A DNA stretch of 64,000 nucleotides from Candidatus Parcubacteria bacterium. Its GTDB lineage: Bacteria; Patescibacteriota; Minisyncoccia; Phycocordibacterales; JAKAEA01. Both the position numbers and the translations under genes were made by a program. Numbering within the stretch: the first letter of the stretch is position 1; each line of letters opens with the position of its first letter. The notes under the pieces were generated by a model. It saw only the letters and a program-made list of their open reading frames with translations. It was not told where the DNA came from and ran no database searches. Where the stretch lies: the NCBI GenBank assembly GCA_963806325.1, contig CAWDXL010000002.1:250-64249 (forward strand). Direction: 5' to 3'. Shown piece after piece: positions 8,098 to 15,010 of this stretch.

Positions 8098-10392
8098 ATG
8101 TATCTGAAGAGCCTCGAAATTTCCGGTTTCAAATCTTTTGCGAAAAAGGTTGTTTTGGAATTTAATACGCCGATCACGTCTATCGTCGGTCCCAACGGTT
8201 CAGGAAAATCAAATGTTGCTGAAGCGTTTCGTTTTGTGTTGGGCGAGCAATCAATAAAATCAATGCGCGGCAAGCGCGGCGAAGATCTTATTTACAACGG
8301 CGGCCATTCTCAAAACCGCCTCAACCGTGCCTCCGTCAAGGTGATTTTTGATAACAGTACAAGAGTTTTTAAAATTGATTTCGATGAAGTGACGCTGGAG
8401 CGCGTCGTACACCGCGATTCTGCAAACGAATATTTTATCAACGGCAGCCAGTCTCGTCTTAAAGATATTATCGAGCTTTTGGCGAGTGCCCATATTGGCG
8501 CGTCAGGGCATCATATTATTTCTCAGGGCGAAGCCGATCGCATTCTTTCTGCATCACCAAAAGAGCGCCGTGAAATGATTGAAGAAGCTTTGGGTCTTAA
8601 AATTTATCATTATAAAAAAGAGGAAAGTCTTCGGAAGCTCGATAAGACCGAAGAAAACCTGAAAGAGTCACATTCACTCCGGAGAGAAATTGCGCCGCAT
8701 ATAAAATTTCTCGAGAAACAAGTGGAGAAAATCGAGAAAGCCCGCGATATGCGCGTGAATCTTGAGAAACAATATCTCGAATATTTTAAGCGCGAAGATA
8801 TATACATACGATTTGAAAAAGCCCGGCTGGCGGATGAGCGAAAAGGTCCCGATCAAAAATTGCATGTTCTTGAGCAGGAGCTTGCCGCTGCCCGCGACAT
8901 ACTTTCAAAATCATCGCAGAAGGACGCGAAAAGCGACGAGCTTCTTTCATTGGAATCAAAACTCAATATTATTCGCGGCGAGAAAAGCGTTGTTGCCCGC
9001 GAGATCGGAAGGATAGAAGGAAATATTGCCGCTGAAGAGCGGATTATCCGCAGAGAACAGGAACTTGCAAGCTCTAACGACACAAAGACGGTGATGCTCA
9101 AAGACGTAGAAAATGTCGCGCGGGAAGTGTATGAGCGCATGCAAAATGCCGAAGCGTTGGAAGATTCGGAAACGCTTAAATCAATACTGCGAGGCATTAA
9201 AGAATTGCTTGGGAATTTTATTTCGCATAACAGGACTCAGACCGATACTCAGGTGCTGACACTCGCGGCAGAGGAAATTGAAAAATTGAGGACTGAACGA
9301 AATATGGCGAGCGATAAGCTCACTGCTCTCGATCGCGACGAGCGGGAAGCGACCGACGGCTATATTCGCCTGAAGGCAGATATAGAGAAGGAAAAAGATT
9401 CAAGCCGCGATGCCGAAAAAGCAGTCTTTAGAATTATGGCGGAGCAAAACGAAACCATCTCTATTTTAAATCAGATTAAAAACCAGGAAGAGCGGGTACG
9501 GATGATTCAAGAAGAATTTACCCGCGAGCTCCAGGAAGCCGCGACTATCATCGGCAGAAGTGTGCTTAGTTTTGATGCGTATGTCATAGATTCCGAACGG
9601 ATGATTTCGGATGATGAGATCATTCACGAATCACGCACGCTCCAGGAAGACAGGCGTAAGAGTATTGAGCGCATAAAAATTAGGCTCGAAGACGCCGGCA
9701 TCGGTTCGAGCGAGGAAGTGCTTAAGGAATATACGGAGACAAAAGAGCGCGATACATTTCTTGCCCGGGAAATCGAGGATTTGGAAAAATCAGCCGAGAC
9801 GTTGCGCGTGCTCATTAAAGATTTGGAAGAAAAACTGACTATAGAATTTAAAGTCGGCGTTGAAAAAATCAACAAGCAGTTCCAGGATTTCTTCGCGCTT
9901 ATGTTTGGCGGGGGATCGGCGAGCGTGGAAGTGGTGCGCGAGATCAGGCGAAGAAAAACCTCACCCAACCCTCTCCTTGATCAAGGAGAGGGTACTGCCG
10001 ACACGGATGAGGATGGCTTTGTTGAAGAAGAAGGTGAGGAGGGTATTGATATCAATGTACATCTTCCGCAAAAGAAAGTGAAAGGGCTCATGATGCTTTC
10101 AGGTGGCGAGCGCGCCCTCACATCTATCGCGCTCCTCTTCGCGATTTCTCAGGTCAATCCGCCGCCGTTTATTATTCTCGATGAGACCGATGCTGCGCTT
10201 GATGAAGCCAACTCGCGCAAATATGGCGATATGATCGACAGTCTTTCAAAATATTCTCAGCTTATTTTAATTACGCATAATAGGGAAACGATGGCTCGCG
10301 CCGGCGTTCTTTACGGCGTTACGATGAGTTCCGAAGGTTCCTCAAAACTCCTTTCAATAAAATTCGACGAAGCCGCGGCGGTGGCGAAATAG
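8098..10392 (+). CDS. smc: SMC-family chromosome segregation ATPase, short (764 aa), no recognisable hinge
   Basis: Has N-terminal Walker A GPNGSGKSNV with SMC-type head, C-terminal LSGGERALTSIALLFAI and Walker B ILDETDAALD. The middle is continuous coiled-coil-like sequence. Confidence 0.8.
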   Translation: MYLKSLEISGFKSFAKKVVLEFNTPITSIVGPNGSGKSNVAEAFRFVLGEQSIKSMRGKRGEDLIYNGGHSQNRLNRASVKVIFDNSTRVFKIDFDEVTLERVVHRDSANEYFINGSQSRLKDIIELLASAHIGASGHHIISQGEADRILSASPKERREMIEEALGLKIYHYKKEESLRKLDKTEENLKESHSLRREIAPHIKFLEKQVEKIEKARDMRVNLEKQYLEYFKREDIYIRFEKARLADERKGPDQKLHVLEQELAAARDILSKSSQKDAKSDELLSLESKLNIIRGEKSVVAREIGRIEGNIAAEERIIRREQELASSNDTKTVMLKDVENVAREVYERMQNAEALEDSETLKSILRGIKELLGNFISHNRTQTDTQVLTLAAEEIEKLRTERNMASDKLTALDRDEREATDGYIRLKADIEKEKDSSRDAEKAVFRIMAEQNETISILNQIKNQEERVRMIQEEFTRELQEAATIIGRSVLSFDAYVIDSERMISDDEIIHESRTLQEDRRKSIERIKIRLEDAGIGSSEEVLKEYTETKERDTFLAREIEDLEKSAETLRVLIKDLEEKLTIEFKVGVEKINKQFQDFFALMFGGGSASVEVVREIRRRKTSPNPLLDQGEGTADTDEDGFVEEEGEEGIDINVHLPQKKVKGLMMLSGGERALTSIALLFAISQVNPPPFIILDETDAALDEANSRKYGDMIDSLSKYSQLILITHNRETMARAGVLYGVTMSSEGSSKLLSIKFDEAAAVAK
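9959..9994. repeat. GC-rich palindromic element, copy 2 (in frame inside smc)
   Basis: CACCCA box then the perfect 24-bp palindrome CCCTCTCCTTGA|TCAAGGAGAGGG (9969-9992), translated as SPNPLLDQGEGT. Confidence 0.75.
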
Positions 10393-10435
10393 TTAGTGGT
10401 GGAGAAATAGTTATTTGTTCCAGCTCAACTTTTTT

Positions 10436-10538
10436 CTGTCATTCCCGCGCAGGCGGGAATCCAGTTACCACTTTTTCTATATAATTTTTTACACAAAATT
10501 TTGTGGTGACTGGATCCCCGTTTTCACGGGGATGACAG
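10436..10538. mobile_element. MITE-like element with roughly 36-bp imperfect terminal inverted repeats (family 2, copy A)
   Basis: Left arm is CTGTCATTCCCGCGCAGGCGGGAATCCAGTTACCAC. Right arm reverse complement is CTGTCATCCCCGTGAAAACGGGGATCCAGTCACCAC. Each arm is itself a hairpin and the core is AT-rich. Confidence 0.6.
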
Positions 10539-10544
10539 AATAAA

Positions 10545-10800
10545 AAATGCTCCACGATTGTACGTAGTACTCCAGTAAGCTAGGATATGAAAACTCCGGC
10601 GGCACAGGATGGCCGACCGGAGGCTGACGAGCAGTCCTTTTGCGAGTTCCTGCTGCGTCTTGCCAGTCTAATCTCGCATGGAAGTGATTTTAAGTCAAGG
10701 CGTGGCAATCACTTACGGTGGTGCCATGAAATCGGAAAATTCGAATACCTGTGTATGTAATACACAGCCGACCCTTTTAGCTTATTGAGGGAGGCAGTTT
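10545..10800. other. unassigned roughly 250-bp segment: four consecutive stem-loops, or a 57-codon ORF (10587-10760)
   Basis: Hairpins: CTCCGG/CCGGAG (10594-10622), GACGAGCAG/CTGCTGCGTC (10626-10659), GTGATT/AATCAC (10684-10712) and CTGTGTAT/ATACACAG (10749-10767). No match I can see to tmRNA, RNase P, SRP or 6S hallmarks. Confidence 0.3.
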
Positions 10801-10816
10801 TCTTTTGTTAAAATTT

Positions 10817-12940
10817 TTACACCAATTTATAATCCAATGTTTTGTTGTCGAGGTCGGCTTTCATCACCTTGAATTTGACGGTGTCGCCGAGGCGGTATTC
10901 CTTTTTTGTTCGTTCGCCTTTTACCGAGTAGGTTTTTTTATTGAATATAAAGAAATCATTTCCAAGCTCGCGCAATGAGATCATGCCTTCGCAGCGCGTT
11001 TCGGTTTCTTCCACATAGATGCCCCATTCCGTGACACCGGAAATGGTGCCGGTGAAATCTTCGCCGACATGCGAGCTCATGTATTCTACTTGCTTATACT
11101 TAATAGATGCCCGCTCCGCTTCGGCGGCGGCAATTTCGCGCTCGGTGGAATGGTTGGCAATGCCTTCGAGCATGACAAATTCCTCTTTCATTTTCTTGTC
11201 GTTGTTATCCAACACATTCTGAAGGATTCGATGAACGACAAGGTCGGGATATCGGCGGATAGGGGATGTGAAATGCGTATAATATTCGAAGGCCAATCCG
11301 TAGTGGCCAATATTTTTCGGAGAGTATACAGCCTTTGCCATTGAGCGGATCGTGGCAGTCTTGATGAGTAATTCTTCTTTTGAACCTTTGATAGTGGCAA
11401 GGAGCTTATTGATTTCCTGTGAGGAAATTTTTCCTTGTCGTACCGGCAAATCATAGCCGAGTGCTTTGATAAACAGAGATAATTCTTCAAGACGGTCGGC
11501 GGCAGGCAGATCGTGAATGCGGTAAATGCCGGCGTTGATGCCTTTTTTTGCCTGAGTCTTATAGATGTATTCAGCTACCTCTCTATTGGCGAGGAGCATA
11601 AATTCTTCCACGAGTTTATGCGTATCAAGATGAGGTTTTTTATACACGCCAATCGCTCGGCCATGTTCGTCGAGCTTGAATTTAACCTCCTGCGTTTCAA
11701 AGTTGATTGCGCCGTTGTGATAATTTTTTCGTTCGAGTTTTTTGGCAATAGTGTTGAGTGTAGTGAGCTCTTGTGAATATTCGAGCGATGAATTATCGAG
11801 TGCTTCCTGAGCAGTTTCGTAGGTAAAACGTTTATTGGAATTGATGACTGTTCGGCCAAACCAGCGTTCGTGTACGGTGGCATTTTTATCCATCACAAAT
11901 ACCGCAGCAAATGCAAAGCGATCTTCGTGGGGATTTAAGCTGCACAGATCGTTGGAAAGGACTTCTGGAAGCATGGGAATAGTCCGGTCGACGAGATAAA
12001 TAGAAGTGCCGCGGCGGCGCGCTTCGGCATTGAGGGCAGTGCCTTCGCGGACGTAATAGGAGACGTCGGCAATGTGGACGCCTATTTCGTATAATTCTTC
12101 TTCCGCGATATCAACCACCCCACCCCCTGCCTGCGCAGGCAGGCCAACCCCCTCCCTAGAAAGGGAGGGGGGAAGAATTTTGAACGAAATAGCGTCGTCA
12201 AAATCTTTGGCGTCGACAGGGTCGATTGTCGAGGTAAACGTATTCCTAAAATCTTTTCTTTTTGCGATTTCATCCTCAGGCAACGGCTTTCCTGTTCTCT
12301 TGATATTGTTTGCTTCCTCGTCAACTTCTGCGGGGAAATGCGTATCAATTCCTCTGTCTAAGATAATAGACTGTATTTCGGTCTCATTGTCGCCTTTTGA
12401 ACCGATAACCTGACTAAGTGTACCAATGGGAAATGGGTCATTTTTTTCAAAACGGGTAATATCGACAAGTACTTTTTTGCCGAGGTTTTCTTTTAAATTT
12501 TCACCGGTCACTTTAATCTGCACGTACATTTTTTTATCATCCGGCAGAAGCCAAAATTCCTCGCCTTTATTGATGAGTACGCCGACAAAGCTCATTTTAG
12601 AGCGCTTCAGAATTTTTGTGATCTGTCCTGAAAACTGCTCAAAATCACCCTCTTCTTTTGATGTGGCAACCGGCCGGCCGGGGATTCCGCGCTTGACCTT
12701 GAAATATTTTCCGGTGACCTGCACTTCTACTTCATCATTATTGAGCGCTGCATTTAAAAACTCCGGTTCAATGACAATATCCTGCTCATAATCTTCGGTG
12801 CGGACAAAACCCATGCCCTTGGCAGTGGTCCTTACAATGCCCGTTACCATTTTATTTTTTTCCTGTGAATTATTGTGCGCGGTGTTAGTATTTCCCATAG
12901 ATGTATAAGCTACTATAGCAAAATATTGACCGTTTGCCAC
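10817..12940 (-). CDS. rnr: ribonuclease R
   Basis: 707-aa ORF with RNB domain (DAKDFDDAISF...VHIADVSYYV) and C-terminal S1 domain. The true start may be the internal Met near 12850 (MVTGIVRTT). Confidence 0.9.
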   Translation of the reverse strand: MANGQYFAIVAYTSMGNTNTAHNNSQEKNKMVTGIVRTTAKGMGFVRTEDYEQDIVIEPEFLNAALNNDEVEVQVTGKYFKVKRGIPGRPVATSKEEGDFEQFSGQITKILKRSKMSFVGVLINKGEEFWLLPDDKKMYVQIKVTGENLKENLGKKVLVDITRFEKNDPFPIGTLSQVIGSKGDNETEIQSIILDRGIDTHFPAEVDEEANNIKRTGKPLPEDEIAKRKDFRNTFTSTIDPVDAKDFDDAISFKILPPSLSREGVGLPAQAGGGVVDIAEEELYEIGVHIADVSYYVREGTALNAEARRRGTSIYLVDRTIPMLPEVLSNDLCSLNPHEDRFAFAAVFVMDKNATVHERWFGRTVINSNKRFTYETAQEALDNSSLEYSQELTTLNTIAKKLERKNYHNGAINFETQEVKFKLDEHGRAIGVYKKPHLDTHKLVEEFMLLANREVAEYIYKTQAKKGINAGIYRIHDLPAADRLEELSLFIKALGYDLPVRQGKISSQEINKLLATIKGSKEELLIKTATIRSMAKAVYSPKNIGHYGLAFEYYTHFTSPIRRYPDLVVHRILQNVLDNNDKKMKEEFVMLEGIANHSTEREIAAAEAERASIKYKQVEYMSSHVGEDFTGTISGVTEWGIYVEETETRCEGMISLRELGNDFFIFNKKTYSVKGERTKKEYRLGDTVKFKVMKADLDNKTLDYKLV
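12113..12171. repeat. GC-rich palindromic element, copy 3 (in frame inside rnr, double hairpin)
   Basis: CACCCC-ACCCC box, the 18-bp perfect palindrome CCTGCCTGC|GCAGGCAGG (12125-12142), then CCCCCTCCCT-agaa-AGGGAGGGGG (12147-12170). Translated on the minus strand as PPSLSREGVGLPAQAGGGV. Confidence 0.75.
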
Positions 12941-12961
12941 CTTTCTGCTACTATGTCCCTC

Positions 12962-13291
12962 ATGTTACGAATACGACTTCAGAGAGTAGGACGAAAACAC
13001 GAACCGGTCTTCCGGGTCGTTCTTACAGACTCTAAAAATAGTACGAAAAGCGGCCGCATGCTTGAGACGCTCGGTTCATATGATCCGCGCCACAAAGATC
13101 TTACAGTATTGAACACTGATCGTATCAAGCACTGGATTTCAGTTGGTGCAAAGCCCACCGACACCCTTCACAATATGCTTATTGAGAAGAAAATAATTAC
13201 CGGCAAGAAAATTAATGTTCTCCCAAAGAAAACAGTAGAGAAGAAAGAGGAAGCTCCGGCTTCTCCGGCAGCAACACCAGCAGCAGTGTAA
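12962..13291 (+). CDS. rpsP: 30S ribosomal protein S16
   Basis: MLRIRLQRVGRKHEPVFRVVLTDS is a canonical S16 N-terminus. The ORF-track start at 12875 is upstream and overlaps rnr. Confidence 0.9.
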   Translation: MLRIRLQRVGRKHEPVFRVVLTDSKNSTKSGRMLETLGSYDPRHKDLTVLNTDRIKHWISVGAKPTDTLHNMLIEKKIITGKKINVLPKKTVEKKEEAPASPAATPAAV

Positions 13292-13294
13292 AAC

Positions 13295-13340
13295 AACACC
13301 CCGGCTCGAAGACTCGCCACCCCTCTTCAGAAAAAGGGGA
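13295..13340. repeat. GC-rich palindromic element, copy 4 (intergenic, after the rpsP stop)
   Basis: CACCCC (13297-13302), box GGCTCGAAGACTCGCC, then CCCCT-cttcagaaaa-AGGGG. It is the reverse orientation of the internal box in copy 5. Confidence 0.65.
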
Positions 13341-13445
13341 TATCAATGAGACTTGTACACATTGCGCTTAAATGGCGTGCCTGTTAAAATTGAACAAGCA
13401 GTAATTACGGTCGACCTACTGCGTAACTGAATAGAAAGAATTACC

Positions 13446-13757
13446 ATGGCAGAACAAGATACACAGTTTCTAGACTTCGTCGTAAAAGCACTTGTTGACA
13501 ATCCAAACGATGTAAAAATCGTTCGGACCGTTGATGAGATGGGAGTACTCATGACGCTTGCGGTCAATCCGGCAGATATGGGTAAAGTTATTGGCCGCCA
13601 AGGCAACACTGCCAAGGCTGTGCGAACGCTTCTAAGAGTCGTTGGCATGAAAAATAATGCCCGCGTCAACTTGAAGATCAACGAGCCGGAGGGCGGTTTG
13701 AAGAATGAGCCGGTCATGAAGACCGTCGACGAAGCAATGGATGACCTTAAGATATAA
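13446..13757 (+). CDS. KH-domain RNA-binding protein (YlqC/UPF0109-like)
   Basis: Motif GKVIGRQGNTAKAVRTLL, in the conserved position between rpsP and trmD. Confidence 0.8.
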   Translation: MAEQDTQFLDFVVKALVDNPNDVKIVRTVDEMGVLMTLAVNPADMGKVIGRQGNTAKAVRTLLRVVGMKNNARVNLKINEPEGGLKNEPVMKTVDEAMDDLKI

Positions 13758-13785
13758 ATACAAGAGATAAGACTATGCAAATGTA

Positions 13786-13818
13786 AAAACCTGTGGTATT
13801 ATAATGCCGCAGGTTTTT
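13786..13818 (+). terminator. candidate rho-independent terminator after the KH gene
   Basis: AAAACCTGTGG-tattataatg-CCGCAGGTTTTT: stem with one G-U pair, followed by a T-run. Confidence 0.5.
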
Positions 13819-13828
13819 ACATTATTAT

Positions 13829-14485
13829 ATGAATTTTCACATCATCACACTGTTTCCGAATTCTCTGGACTCATACTTGAAAGAGTCTATTTTAAAACGC
13901 GCTCAGGAGGACGGAAAAATTTGCGTATCTTTTTATAATCCGCGCGATTATGCCGATGGCAAGACGGGGCATGCAGTGCGCGTGGATAAAAAGCCGTATG
14001 GTGGCGGTCCGGGCATGGTCATTCAGGCATTGCCGGTAATAAAGGCTTTGGAGGTGGCTATGAAAAAGATAAAGCAAAAATCAAAAGTTAAAATTATTTT
14101 TCTCAATCCAGGCGGAAAGCAGTTTGATACTGAATATGCCAAAAAAATAGTCTTAAAAAAGTATACAGACATTATTATTATTTCTGGGAGATATGAAGGG
14201 ATAGATGCGCGCGTGAAAAAGATATTTAAGACTGAAGATATTTCTGTTGGACCATTTGTGCTCACAGGCGGGGAGTTGCCGGCGATGATTATTATCGACT
14301 GCATTGCCCGGCAGGTGGAAGGCGTGCTTGGGGATTTCAGTTCACTTGAAGAAAACCGCGTTTCTTCGCGCAATGTGTATACTCGTCCAGAAGTGTTTGA
14401 ATATAAAAAGAAAAAATATCGGGTGCCGAAGATTCTTTTATCTGGCAACCATGCTGAAATAGAGAAATGGAAGGAAGGAAAGTAA
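13829..14485 (+). CDS. trmD: tRNA (guanine37-N1)-methyltransferase
   Basis: 218 aa with YGGGPGMV and SGRYEGIDARV motifs. Confidence 0.9.
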   Translation: MNFHIITLFPNSLDSYLKESILKRAQEDGKICVSFYNPRDYADGKTGHAVRVDKKPYGGGPGMVIQALPVIKALEVAMKKIKQKSKVKIIFLNPGGKQFDTEYAKKIVLKKYTDIIIISGRYEGIDARVKKIFKTEDISVGPFVLTGGELPAMIIIDCIARQVEGVLGDFSSLEENRVSSRNVYTRPEVFEYKKKKYRVPKILLSGNHAEIEKWKEGK

Positions 14486-14560
14486 TGAGTTTGACACAAT
14501 ATGTTTTAATATGTACTATGGAAAAAGGAACCAAGATAAAAATTAACGGGAGTAGTTCGT

Positions 14561-14734
14561 ATGATATCTCTCAAAAAGCTTGGTATATCGTTTTTTTTGA
14601 TGTTTACCCTGATAATTGCGCCTGTGCTGGGTGTAATTTTGGGGTTTAGTACCGGTGTCTTCTTTCTTTTGTTGGGGCTTTGGTGTACCGGTGATTTTAT
14701 TACGTCGAGGATTCTTTCTATGAAAAAAGAGTAG
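14561..14734 (+). CDS. hypothetical small membrane protein (57 aa)
   Basis: Hand-found ORF MISLKKLGISFFLMFTLIIAPVLGVILGFSTGVFFLLLGLWCTGDF..., with two hydrophobic helices, followed by a terminator. Confidence 0.3.
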   Translation: MISLKKLGISFFLMFTLIIAPVLGVILGFSTGVFFLLLGLWCTGDFITSRILSMKKE

Positions 14735-14762
14735 ATTCAAAGGATGTTCAGGTCTACACTTG

Positions 14763-14789
14763 CCCCTTGCTTTTGCAAGGGGTTTCTTT
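14763..14789 (+). terminator. rho-independent terminator
   Basis: CCCCTTGC-tttt-GCAAGGGG followed by TTTCTTT. Confidence 0.7.
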
Positions 14790-14802
14790 GTGGAAAAATG
14801 AG

Positions 14803-14831
14803 TTGACAAGATAAGAGTGTGGGTGTACCAT
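14803..14831 (+). promoter_or_regulatory. candidate promoter upstream of rpoB (TTGACA-17-TACCAT)
   Basis: Consensus -35 TTGACA at 14803-14808. The -10 is weak. Confidence 0.3.
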
Positions 14832-15010
14832 TATTAGTCTCTCATTGCAAGATTGTGTTTCGATAGAAATGGGAATTTGGTAAGCGTTAAGGTACCAGAG
14901 TCTTGCACTCCACTATTATCAGCTAGCATAACAACAAACAGGATACGCTCCCGTCAAGCGCGTCCTGTCCTCGTTGATTATATTTTTATAAAAGATAACC
15001 AATTATTCAC

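Noticed and set aside
10545-10800. tmRNA (ssrA), suggested by the position next to rnr
   Set aside because: On neither strand could I find a tRNA-like T-arm (GGTTCGAnTCC) with an acceptor end, a GGGG...GGATTCGAC 5' region, or a tag reading frame ending in a typical hydrophobic ...AA stop. It is kept only as an unassigned structured segment.
13343-13780. 145-aa ORF on the minus strand
   Set aside because: It is a shadow ORF fully antisense to the conserved KH-domain gene in rpsP-KH-trmD synteny.
14467-14649. 60-aa ORF overlapping the trmD stop
   Set aside because: Its translation is not membrane- or protein-like beyond chance. The alternative 57-codon frame 14561-14734 gives two clean TM helices and ends just before a terminator.
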